From Holosporaceae bacterium UBA7879 (GTDB lineage: Bacteria; Pseudomonadota; Alphaproteobacteria; UBA7879), in NCBI GenBank assembly GCA_002500565.1, contig DLRV01000016.1, positions 1-62,974 of the forward strand: a stretch of 62,974 bases of DNA. The letters are read 5' to 3'. The notes under the pieces were generated by a model, which made no database searches, was not told the DNA's origin, and saw nothing but the letters and a program-made list of their open reading frames with translations. The position numbers and the translations under genes were made by a program. Positions 29,840 through 38,779 of this stretch are shown here, piece after piece; positions within the stretch are counted from its first letter, which is position 1, and every line of letters begins with the position of its first letter.

Positions 29840-30337
29840 TTGTCTTTGCCTCCCTGGCTTCATGAAGAAGCTCCATTGGTTGCACAAAAACTTCTGGGGT
29901 GTAAGTTGTTGATTAACAATCATAGCGCCGTGGTTACCGAAACAGAAGCCTACAGAGGCTCTGATGATCCTGCCTCCCACGCTTTCAAAGGTGTAACACC
30001 CCGCAACGCAATCATGTTTGATCGGCCTGGATTATTATATGTTTATATGATTTATGGCATTCATCATTGCCTCAACATAACATGCGAGCCAAGCGGATCT
30101 CCTGCAGCTGTCTTGATTCGTGGCCTTAAACTTAACAATGGCATTATACTTGATGGCCCTGGAAAAGTTTGTCGACATTTAGACCTTAAAAGAAGCGACA
30201 CAGGTCGCATCCTTAACCAAACGAATTGTTTGCAGATTTCAGACAGAATAGAGATCCCAGCATACAAAGCTACTCCTCGCATAGGAATTAAAGCTGGGCA
30301 AGAAAAGCTATGGCGTTATCTTGTTACCAAGCACTAA
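29840..30337 (+). CDS. mpg: DNA-3-methyladenine glycosylase (MPG/AAG type)
   Basis: TETEAYRGSDDPASH, YVYMIYGIHHCLNI, AVLIRG, GPGKVC, TPRIGI. Confidence 0.93.
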   Translation: MSLPPWLHEEAPLVAQKLLGCKLLINNHSAVVTETEAYRGSDDPASHAFKGVTPRNAIMFDRPGLLYVYMIYGIHHCLNITCEPSGSPAAVLIRGLKLNNGIILDGPGKVCRHLDLKRSDTGRILNQTNCLQISDRIEIPAYKATPRIGIKAGQEKLWRYLVTKH

Positions 30338-30795
30338 TTTATTGGCTGAACCTTAAAATCAGTTTTACCTAAAAGAACCATCAATCCTTGAAATAGGGGC
30401 AAATGAGCGCGGTGCGTTCCAGGAATGTCGTAGTCAGCAAAAAGATATGCTTTTTTTGTATCTGGATGCAGGTTATTAACCTCTTCTTTAATTGAATGCC
30501 CGGGCGGTAACTCCCAACTGTGAATCATGACCTCATTTACATAATCACGAATAATTTGATCACGCTCACGGTAATATTCACGCGCCGACATACTCCCTAG
30601 CTTTTTTGCCAAGTCCTCATTCAGTGTATACACAATGTCAACCGCGACTGGTGTGTTTTGATTGGCATTATCAACGGCTTGAATCATAACGGCTAACTGC
30701 TTTGCTTGTTTTGCTTCTGGCCATCCCTGGCCATACGACATTTTATTTTCACACGAAACAAGGAAAACAAGGCTTAAAATAGTTAAATATTTCAT
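30334..30795 (-). CDS. TssJ-like type VI secretion lipoprotein
   Basis: Lipobox FLVSC; ANQNTPVAVDIVY, SWELPPGHS, LFADY..PGTHR match the TssJ/VasD pattern. Confidence 0.75.
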   Translation of the reverse strand: MKYLTILSLVFLVSCENKMSYGQGWPEAKQAKQLAVMIQAVDNANQNTPVAVDIVYTLNEDLAKKLGSMSAREYYRERDQIIRDYVNEVMIHSWELPPGHSIKEEVNNLHPDTKKAYLFADYDIPGTHRAHLPLFQGLMVLLGKTDFKVQPIN

Positions 30796-30810
30796 TGATA
30801 TATTTCCTCT

Positions 30811-32211
30811 CTAAAATTTAAAATTAATACCAGCTTGAACCATAAATTTGTTTTTATACTTAAAAGAAGCTGTTTTGTTACGTATGGGCACGCCATAAGA
30901 AACCATAGCATATAAAGGGCCTTTTACTTTAATGTTTAAAGCCGTGTATACCCCCCATAAAACATGAGATTTTGTTTCAACACCTGAAATAGGTTTATTC
31001 CAGTTATACCCATATAAAAATCCAGGTTCAACATTGATAGAGTCAACAATATAATTGCGCAGGAAGGTGTATTTAAGGTTTAGCTTCGTATTAAAACCAT
31101 TGTCTCCTGAAAGTGCATTATATGGAAATAAGAAGTTTTTACGACCACCAAAGTTATATTGCTGATCAGCCAGTAATGTTCTATCCGCTAACTGCAATGA
31201 AAAAACTTGGTTAAATACTAAATCTTCTGAATGTTTTTGCTCTGTCTCTAAACCGGCTCTTAAAATTAATGACGTTAAGCTTCCATGGCTTGCATTTTCA
31301 TCCGTAGTCGGCTTATTGAAAGCACCAATCCCTCTAATTCCTTTTTGCAAGTCAATATCATAAGTCACAGACCCTTTTTCATAAATATATTTCCCATGCA
31401 CACCTATCCATAAATTATCAATTCTATGGCGGGCATTTCTTTGAAACTCAGTTTTATATTTCAACCGTCCAAAAAAACTCAAAACACCAATGAATCCACG
31501 CAAAACATGATTTGGATCTGCAATTAAAGGATGCCTAATCTTAAAACCAAGCTCATCCGCTGTAATCGCGTAACGATCAACCAAAGATGGTGTATTTTCC
31601 TTGTAAATGCGATATAAATTGTAATGAAATCTAAAGTCAGTCCCCTGAAGCCCTAGAGGTAACACGTATTCATATTCCTGAGCAACGTGATGTCGATGCA
31701 GAAATGAGAAATCAGCATGATAGCGAAGATTATCGTTAAAGCCAAAAACGTTGTAATAATGAAAGTCCGTTGGCTGGCTCCAATCTTCTCCACCCTTATG
31801 GCTAGACATTATATATTCCGTTGAAAACCCAAACGTCCTTCTTTCAATATGAACATCAAGCGTTTTAGTTTTACTTTCTTTGGTATCTATAACTTTCAAA
31901 GTAATCTTATACCCATCGATGTTTTTTAACTTGTGCTTATATCCATGCTGATCTTCATGACCCGTTCTATAAGACTCTAAAAGTTTCTGCGCAAGGTAAC
32001 GAATCAAAGGTGTGAGGCTTTCTACATCGCCTGAAAAAACCAATTCAATCTTTTCATGTTTTTCACCCGCTTTCATAACTCCATGCGGTTTAACAAAACC
32101 AGCCATATTTGCCAGATGATGGCGATTGAGCCCTCTTTCAACCGGAGCTGCTTGTATACTTGTTAAAGTTAAGAATCCAGTTGCAAATATGCATTTTTGT
32201 ATAAGTTTCAT
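30811..32211 (-). CDS. ShlB/FhaC/HecB (TpsB, Omp85 superfamily) outer-membrane beta-barrel, degenerate
   Basis: Signal peptide; NVFGFND, YVLPLGLQGT, HPLI, QKGIRGIGA, QLADRTLLADQQYNFGG, LSGDNG, SYGVPI, terminal Phe. Confidence 0.75.
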   Translation of the reverse strand: MKLIQKCIFATGFLTLTSIQAAPVERGLNRHHLANMAGFVKPHGVMKAGEKHEKIELVFSGDVESLTPLIRYLAQKLLESYRTGHEDQHGYKHKLKNIDGYKITLKVIDTKESKTKTLDVHIERRTFGFSTEYIMSSHKGGEDWSQPTDFHYYNVFGFNDNLRYHADFSFLHRHHVAQEYEYVLPLGLQGTDFRFHYNLYRIYKENTPSLVDRYAITADELGFKIRHPLIADPNHVLRGFIGVLSFFGRLKYKTEFQRNARHRIDNLWIGVHGKYIYEKGSVTYDIDLQKGIRGIGAFNKPTTDENASHGSLTSLILRAGLETEQKHSEDLVFNQVFSLQLADRTLLADQQYNFGGRKNFLFPYNALSGDNGFNTKLNLKYTFLRNYIVDSINVEPGFLYGYNWNKPISGVETKSHVLWGVYTALNIKVKGPLYAMVSYGVPIRNKTASFKYKNKFMVQAGINFKF

Positions 32212-32220
32212 TTTTTTCCT

Positions 32221-32988
32221 CTAATAAAAAACACGTGAATACCACGGTCTTTTGATGACTTTTTCAATCAGAACTGCATAGTTTTTAGCCTCCAAAGGGG
32301 TCTTTTCACCATAAGATTTTCTAATTGCTTCCACTGAAAAGTTTTTAGGTAGTTTTGACAGGTCAGAATATTTATCTTCTTTATCAATTTTGCGCCCTTC
32401 ATCATGCAAAGATATTTCATGCCAAATTTTTGTGCGATCATAATTGTCGAGACCACCCCTAATAAAGTAACGTTGCAATCGATAGTTGATTGTTTCGTTT
32501 TTTTGCACAGGCGATTCTGTCAATTTGCCTGTTTTATAATATCTTTCAAGCTTCAATTTTAGTTGTTCATTTGTTAAAGAGGTCTGTTTTGGTTCAACAG
32601 GTTTTGCAGTTTCTATTTTTTTGTGGTTTTCATCCTTATGGCTTTCTGCTTTGGAATCAGTGTTTTTTTCTTTTTTCTCATTTTTATTTTGAACCTTTTC
32701 CTGCCCAGGGATTTGCTTGGTTTCGCCGCCACTGTTGGGCGAATCAGATTTAGAGGCTTGTGAAGATTTACTATCTGCCTTTGTCTTTTCTTTGTCGGCC
32801 TTTGACAATTCTGCTTTCTTCTTTGCAATTGCTTCTTTTGTGGATTTGATTTGTTTCTCAGCTGATGAAAGTGGGACAGGAATAACCGCTTTGCCCTCAA
32901 CCTGTGTTCCATATAGATAGGCTAGATATGAGCACACGCTTACCAAGCCCAGAATTGCAATAATAATTAAAAGGCTTTTAATTTTCAC
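32221..32988 (-). CDS. N-terminally membrane-anchored protein with long charged linker
   Basis: TM at residues ~5-26, K/E/S-rich low-complexity region, small C-terminal domain; 9-13 bp gaps to neighbours. Confidence 0.75.
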   Translation of the reverse strand: MKIKSLLIIIAILGLVSVCSYLAYLYGTQVEGKAVIPVPLSSAEKQIKSTKEAIAKKKAELSKADKEKTKADSKSSQASKSDSPNSGGETKQIPGQEKVQNKNEKKEKNTDSKAESHKDENHKKIETAKPVEPKQTSLTNEQLKLKLERYYKTGKLTESPVQKNETINYRLQRYFIRGGLDNYDRTKIWHEISLHDEGRKIDKEDKYSDLSKLPKNFSVEAIRKSYGEKTPLEAKNYAVLIEKVIKRPWYSRVFY

Positions 32989-33001
32989 AGTACACCATTG
33001 C

Positions 33002-33388
33002 TCATGGAATCATGACCTGGACTTGCCCTGGAAATGAAATCGTTACAACACCCCCAAAGCCACAAATAGCCATTGATGTATTATTCAACGCCGGCATACC
33101 CCCTAACATAACGGTAGGTGATCCAGGAGCCCAGGTGGATGTTACAGGCGTGCAGGGCATCGGTGTCAGCACGCCCATAGCAGCTGCCGTTGCTGCAGCT
33201 ACAGCTGGGTTGGCCATACTCACACACATACCAAAGGGCATAACTTCTGCAAAAGGCGTGGCCGAATTTATATTGCCTGCCGGCATATCACTACTTGTTG
33301 TAAGCGAGAGAGGCAGAACCTCCAAAACACTTGGAGCCATCCCAAAGCTGCATGCACAAAGTGCTGTGGATACTGTTAACTGTGACAT
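33002..33388 (-). CDS. DUF4280 PAAR-like spike-tip protein
   Basis: ALCACSFG, PFGMCVSMANPAVAAATAAAMGVLTPMPCTP, WAPGSPTV, AICGFGGVVTISFPGQ. Confidence 0.93.
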   Translation of the reverse strand: MSQLTVSTALCACSFGMAPSVLEVLPLSLTTSSDMPAGNINSATPFAEVMPFGMCVSMANPAVAAATAAAMGVLTPMPCTPVTSTWAPGSPTVMLGGMPALNNTSMAICGFGGVVTISFPGQVQVMIP

Positions 33389-33470
33389 CCTACCCTGTCA
33401 TTAAAACCATCCCTTAACTTAAACTTTTTAAGATAATGACGCAACAATTCCAATGATTTCTAGGGATTAT

Positions 33471-35699
33471 TTATGAACTAAATTTCGTTGCGCGTGGAAA
33501 ACCAGCTGGCACAAAACGGCCGGCAAGCCCCCGTTTGGAAATCCATTCACGCCAATCTTCAAATTGATATGTTCTTTTGCCTATCTGCCAGCTTAACCCT
33601 TCTTCTTCACTAAAAAATGCTACATCTGAAAGAACACCGCTGCGATATTTTTGCAAAGTAATACCCCGACCTTTGCTCATTGTTGGCAGTTCATCTACCT
33701 TAAAAATAACCAAGCGGCGATTATCACCAACAACAGCTATATAGTCACCTGTCACAGCTTTACAAAGCAAGGCTTGCGTTTCCCCACTTATATTCAAAAC
33801 CTGTCGCCCATTTCTGGTTTGCGCAATCAAATCCCCTTTATTAATAAGGAAGCCGCGCCCATCACTTGCCGCAACCAAGAATTTATCTTGTGCTTGTCCT
33901 TCTGAATAAATCAATATTTGCCGCACGCTCACATCTGCCGCCAAATCAAGAATCACACTCAGAGGTTCACCGAATCCACGGCCAGAGGGTAGCTCATGAA
34001 TATTAAGCGTATAAAATCGCCCATCTGATGTCATGATCAGCGCTTTATCGGTTGTCATACAAGCAGAGGCAAAAAATGCTTTATCACCATCTTTGTATTT
34101 CACCTCTCCCGTTTCAACAGTTCCTTTTAGTGTTCGAATCCAGCCTTTCTTAGAACAAATCAATGTCGCAGCTTCTTTGTTAACAAAGGCTTCTGTCGGG
34201 ATATCTGTCACTTCCGGGGCAACCTTGAAATTTGTTCGTCGCAACGCCAACTCTTTTTGCTGGCTAAATGTTTTACGCACATCAGAAATCTGTTTCTTAA
34301 TGGCGGTGGTTTGTTTTGCTTTTGATCCAAGCAGACTTTCAAGATCTTGCTTTTCATCCAGTAAGCTCTGGTGCTCTTGGCGTATGGCAATTTCCTCAAG
34401 CTTCTGCAAAGTCCGAAGCTTAATATTCAAAATAGCTTCCGTTTGGATATCTGAAAGTCCCCACTTTTTCATGATCTCAGCTTTAGGGTCATCAGCTGTA
34501 CGAATAATGGCAATCACTTCGTCTATGTGGGCAAAAACAATAATGAAGCCATCAAGAATTTCTAAGCGTTTAGCAATTTTATCGATTCGATAATTTGTTC
34601 GGGCGTGCAAAATATCGTAACGGCTTTGGATAAACTCTTTTAGAATTTCGATTAGTGACAAAACCTTTGGCACACCGGTAGATGTCAAAACATTCATGTT
34701 CATAGATAACCTTGTTTCAAAATCTGTGTTCTTAAACAAGGTAGACATAAGCAAGTCTGGATCGACTTGCCGGCTTTTTGGTGTTAATATAATCCGAATG
34801 TCTTGAGCCGATTCATCTTGAATATCCGCTAGTAACGGTAGTTTTTTAGCCAACAAAAGGTCTGCCGTTTTTTCAATCAGCTTGCTTTTTTGCACAAGAT
34901 AAGGAATTTCGGTAACAATAATTTGATACCCCCCACCCTTCAACTGTTCAATTTCATAGCGGCAGCGCACTCTGATACTGCCACGACCCGTGTTATAAGC
35001 ATGCTTAATCACATCAGTGGCATCAACAATGGTTCCACCGGTCGGCAGATCTGGCCCCGGGATGTGCGACATAATATCATCCAGGTCGGCATCTGGATGA
35101 TCCAGCAGATGAATCACTGCTGCACACAACTCATCAACATTATGCGGCAGAATAGAGGTTGCCATTCCAACAGCAATTCCAATGGCCCCATTCGCTAAAA
35201 GATTTGGAAATGCAGCCGGCAGAACCACTGGTTCCTGCTCACTTCCATCATAATTTGGCCTAAATGCAACGGCATTTTCATGAATACCTTCAAGCAACAT
35301 CAACGCATTGGTAGAAAGCTTAACCTCTGTATATCGTGCAGCCGCAGCTTCATCACCATCAATACTACCAAAGTTACCTTGCCCCTTAACCAATGGATAA
35401 CGCATCACAAAAGGTTGAACCAATCTTACCAAAGCATCATAAACAGCCTTATCACCGTGCGGGTGATACATGCCTTGCACAGATCCAACAACCCGGGCCG
35501 ACTTCTTTGTTGCACCACTGGGCATGATTTTCATTTCATGCATAGCGTATAAAATACGTCTGGTTACAGGCTTTAGGCCATCACGCACGTCTGGTAATGA
35601 ACGCGAAACAATCGTTGACATCGCATAGGAAAGATATCGATCGCCAAGCGCTTTGCGAAACTGAACTGATTCAATTTTATCAGTCATTTTTTGTGCCAT
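33471..35699 (-). CDS. parC: DNA topoisomerase IV subunit A
   Basis: RSLPDVRDGLKPV, KKSARVVG, YHPHGD, AAARYTE, 742 aa, alphaproteobacterial ParC C-terminus, no GyrA box seen. Confidence 0.95.
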   Translation of the reverse strand: MAQKMTDKIESVQFRKALGDRYLSYAMSTIVSRSLPDVRDGLKPVTRRILYAMHEMKIMPSGATKKSARVVGSVQGMYHPHGDKAVYDALVRLVQPFVMRYPLVKGQGNFGSIDGDEAAAARYTEVKLSTNALMLLEGIHENAVAFRPNYDGSEQEPVVLPAAFPNLLANGAIGIAVGMATSILPHNVDELCAAVIHLLDHPDADLDDIMSHIPGPDLPTGGTIVDATDVIKHAYNTGRGSIRVRCRYEIEQLKGGGYQIIVTEIPYLVQKSKLIEKTADLLLAKKLPLLADIQDESAQDIRIILTPKSRQVDPDLLMSTLFKNTDFETRLSMNMNVLTSTGVPKVLSLIEILKEFIQSRYDILHARTNYRIDKIAKRLEILDGFIIVFAHIDEVIAIIRTADDPKAEIMKKWGLSDIQTEAILNIKLRTLQKLEEIAIRQEHQSLLDEKQDLESLLGSKAKQTTAIKKQISDVRKTFSQQKELALRRTNFKVAPEVTDIPTEAFVNKEAATLICSKKGWIRTLKGTVETGEVKYKDGDKAFFASACMTTDKALIMTSDGRFYTLNIHELPSGRGFGEPLSVILDLAADVSVRQILIYSEGQAQDKFLVAASDGRGFLINKGDLIAQTRNGRQVLNISGETQALLCKAVTGDYIAVVGDNRRLVIFKVDELPTMSKGRGITLQKYRSGVLSDVAFFSEEEGLSWQIGKRTYQFEDWREWISKRGLAGRFVPAGFPRATKFSS

Positions 35700-36441
35700 T
35701 CTTCAAAACCTTTCTCAAAATCATTCTTCTTAAATCAATCAGTTCCGTTAACTTGGGTGTGCCAGCAAAATATTTCTCAATAAAGCACTCAGTTATTTGT
35801 CCTAATAAAAGAACTTCATCATTATCTGTTAATGTCTTCCACAAAGCAGATTTAAAGTCACCTTTATTATCAATCATACACGTAGGTAATTTAAAGAGTT
35901 TATCTTGGTATGGCAAGCCAGCAGCATAACTCACCGCTTGACAAGATTTTGGCGAAAGCCAATATAATTCTTCCGATTGTCCTGTTGCTGCGCAACTATC
36001 AAGGGTGAACCCGTATCCCAAACTTTCTAAAATACACAGCTCAAACACAACCATTGCCTTTATAGGTTCAGTTAGAAGCTGTGTTAAGAATACCTCAAAC
36101 TCTTGGTATAGCTCCGGATATGAATGACGCTCGGGCAAAACCACTGTTAGAAGTTGGCATACGTATTGCAGAACATCAATCTTGATGGGATCAAAAATAA
36201 GATGCGCTGTTGGATCCCGCATAACTTCAAGCTGCCAGTGCCCAAGTTGTGATTCAAGGCGCGCCTGCCAGTTACACGCACACGAAGCGCCCAGTGATAT
36301 AGCCGATTGTTTTTTTTTAGAAGGGCGATGCACCCCTTTGGCAAGCCCGTTCGACTGCGTAAACAGCGTTAAAATCAGCTTACTTTCACCAAGCTTACGA
36401 CTGCCAATAAGAATGCCTGTGTCTTGCCAACTGACCACCAC
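35680..36441 (-). CDS. recO: DNA repair protein RecO
   Basis: WQDTGILIGSRKLGE, WQARLESQLG, FELCILESLGYG, CAATG, SPKS. Confidence 0.93.
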   Translation of the reverse strand: MVVSWQDTGILIGSRKLGESKLILTLFTQSNGLAKGVHRPSKKKQSAISLGASCACNWQARLESQLGHWQLEVMRDPTAHLIFDPIKIDVLQYVCQLLTVVLPERHSYPELYQEFEVFLTQLLTEPIKAMVVFELCILESLGYGFTLDSCAATGQSEELYWLSPKSCQAVSYAAGLPYQDKLFKLPTCMIDNKGDFKSALWKTLTDNDEVLLLGQITECFIEKYFAGTPKLTELIDLRRMILRKVLKNGTKND

Positions 36442-37344
36442 TCATCCCTTCAACCCAATAGCTTGATAGAAAAAGCTTTTGGATTGCCACTTTGCATCAA
36501 CTTTCACGTGCAAATACAGATGGCACGGCACGCCAAAAATTTCAGTCATTTGCTCCCGTGCCCGTTGGTTGATCAGTTTAATCGTCTGGCCTTTAGATCC
36601 CAAAAACATACCCACATGGCGCTTGTGTTGCACATAAATGGTTTGATAAATGATCAATTCATTCTTTTTCGTTTTTTCAAACTTATCAGTCTCCACAAAG
36701 ATTTGATAAGGAATTTCATCGTGAATTAAATCAAATATTTGCTCGCGCGTCAGCTCGGCTGCTTGTATTTTTTCAGATAACGATGTTGAACACGTATCAT
36801 CATAAAACCAGGGGCTTTCGGGCATAAAGCTTTTTAAGACAGAAACAAATTGCCCCAGGCCTGTTTTTTGTATTGCGGAAGTAACGATGATTTCACTCTC
36901 TGGCAGCTGGTCTCTGAACTGTTGAATAATTGGCAAAAGATCTGTTTGTTTCAACAAGTCAGACTTATTTAAAACCACAATCACAGGCTTTTTTTGGTTG
37001 CGCATTTGTTGCACTAATTCTTCATTCACGCCATAGCAATCTCGCCTGCGCGCATCAACGATAAGCGCTAAAGCATCTGCATCGCTGATCCCTTGATCAA
37101 TGGAATGGGCCATCGCCTCTTCAAATTGCCCTTTCGGTTTAAAAACCCCAGGCGTGTCGACAAAAACAATTTGATAAGGCTTTTGTGATAAAGCCGCCAT
37201 AATTGGCATACGGGTTGTTTGCCGCTTGCGTGAGACAATGGAAACCTTATGATCTAAAATCGCATTGATTAATGACGACTTGCCTGCATTGGGCAATCCA
37301 ATCATAGCCACAAATCCAGCAAAGGTTTTTGTTTGCTCTTCCAT
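36442..37344 (-). CDS. era: GTPase Era
   Basis: GLPNAGKSSL, QTTR, DTPG, NKSD, EIPY, KH domain. Confidence 0.96.
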   Translation of the reverse strand: MEEQTKTFAGFVAMIGLPNAGKSSLINAILDHKVSIVSRKRQTTRMPIMAALSQKPYQIVFVDTPGVFKPKGQFEEAMAHSIDQGISDADALALIVDARRRDCYGVNEELVQQMRNQKKPVIVVLNKSDLLKQTDLLPIIQQFRDQLPESEIIVTSAIQKTGLGQFVSVLKSFMPESPWFYDDTCSTSLSEKIQAAELTREQIFDLIHDEIPYQIFVETDKFEKTKKNELIIYQTIYVQHKRHVGMFLGSKGQTIKLINQRAREQMTEIFGVPCHLYLHVKVDAKWQSKSFFYQAIGLKG

Positions 37345-38033
37345 TACGTACCACTCATCAATTTGTTAAATAGATTTTTTGCCGCCAACTGTTCAGCTGA
37401 TTTTTTTGAGGAACCCTCGGCCTCTATTGATCGTTCATCCACTTCAACGCGCACTGTATAGCGCGGGTCATGATCCGGACCCGTGACATTGATAACTTGG
37501 TATTTTGGCAGCTCAAGTCCCCTTGCCTGGGCCCATTCTTGTAGTGTTGATTTTGCCTCTAAGGCAATAATTCCCGCATCATCATCAAACTTATCGGCCC
37601 ATAATTTTTTAAAAACACATCTCCCAGACTCAAATCCACCATCTAGAAAAATAGCGCCAAACAAAGATTCCAGCGCATCTGCCAACACCGATTGATTATT
37701 TTTTTTCAACAAGTCATCATTTTTGGCAACAATCAGATAGGCACCTAAATTAATTTCCTGGGCAATTTCTGACATTACCTCGCGGCTCGCTAAATAAGAA
37801 AATTTTTTAGCAAGAGCGCCCTCTTTAGATTGATTGTTATTTTCATAAAGCGATTCAGCTAAACATAACCCCACCACACGATCTCCCAAAAACTCAAGGC
37901 GTTCGAAGTCATTTAGGCTGTTTTTTTTAACCTGGCTTGAATGTCTAAGGGCTTTTTGTAAAAGTCCGATATCATTAAAATGATAATTAATTCGATTTTG
38001 TAGTTCCGCAAGGGATGCTATGGATTGCGTCAT
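37344..38033 (-). CDS. rnc: Ribonuclease III
   Basis: ERLEFLGDRV signature, ADALESLFGAIFLDGG, dsRBD KSTLQEWAQ...AEQLAA. Confidence 0.97.
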   Translation of the reverse strand: MTQSIASLAELQNRINYHFNDIGLLQKALRHSSQVKKNSLNDFERLEFLGDRVVGLCLAESLYENNNQSKEGALAKKFSYLASREVMSEIAQEINLGAYLIVAKNDDLLKKNNQSVLADALESLFGAIFLDGGFESGRCVFKKLWADKFDDDAGIIALEAKSTLQEWAQARGLELPKYQVINVTGPDHDPRYTVRVEVDERSIEAEGSSKKSAEQLAAKNLFNKLMSGT

Positions 38034-38779
38034 ACAATCAACGTAAAGAACCTTTTCAAGCGGATTATTTCAGGCCATTCCCATATACGCCAAATATCCC
38101 AAAAACTGGAATCGATGGAAAAGAAAATAAACTGCGCAGGACCCAAGAAGTTTTCAAATGGTACATAACCAACCGGTGAATCATAGCGGCTATCACCTGA
38201 ATGATTACGATTATCTCCCACCATAAAATAGCGCCCTTCAGGCACATAGTAAGGTCCCATATTATCCGATGGCAGATTACCATTTGGGTCATCGCGCAAA
38301 ATCTTATGTTTGTACCCATTTGGCAAGGTTTCAATATACTGCGGCGTTTTAGAAGTTGAAAGAACTGTTCGCCCTCTATAATCTTCAATTCTTTCCAGAG
38401 GAAGTGGCTTATCGTTAATGTAAATCACGCCTTTTTTAAATTCGATTTTTTCCCCTGGCAAACCAATCACACGCTTCACATATCTTACCAAATCATGCTC
38501 GCCCAAGAAAACAGCAACGTCACCTCGTTTTGGCTCTTTGGCAAAAATCCGTCCCTCAAACAATTTTGGTGCATTTGGAAAAATCTCACGAATCAAGCCA
38601 AATAAATGAAGATTATAACGGCTATATCCATAGTTAAACTTGGAAACATATAAATAGTCCCCTTCAATTAATGTTGGATACATCGAGGGCGAAGGAATGG
38701 CAAAAGGCTCGGCCACAAAAAAGCGCAGCGAAAATACCAACGCCAACATGCCAAGGAAAGAAAGTGCGGATCGTAACAT
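38030..38779 (-). CDS. lepB: Signal peptidase I (catalytically intact copy)
   Basis: Box B PSPSMYPTL (Ser nucleophile), RGDV, YVKRVIGLPG (Lys base), GDNRNHSGDSRY. Confidence 0.96.
   Translation of the reverse strand: MLRSALSFLGMLALVFSLRFFVAEPFAIPSPSMYPTLIEGDYLYVSKFNYGYSRYNLHLFGLIREIFPNAPKLFEGRIFAKEPKRGDVAVFLGEHDLVRYVKRVIGLPGEKIEFKKGVIYINDKPLPLERIEDYRGRTVLSTSKTPQYIETLPNGYKHKILRDDPNGNLPSDNMGPYYVPEGRYFMVGDNRNHSGDSRYDSPVGYVPFENFLGPAQFIFFSIDSSFWDIWRIWEWPEIIRLKRFFTLIV

Noticed and set aside
33012-33404. 130-aa antisense ORF over the DUF4280 gene
   Set aside because: Shadow ORF; the minus-strand frame has the clear family motifs. The same applies to the long antisense ORFs in parC (34033..34593), ugd (55749..56330), dsbA (13416..13865) and yebC (21033..21407).
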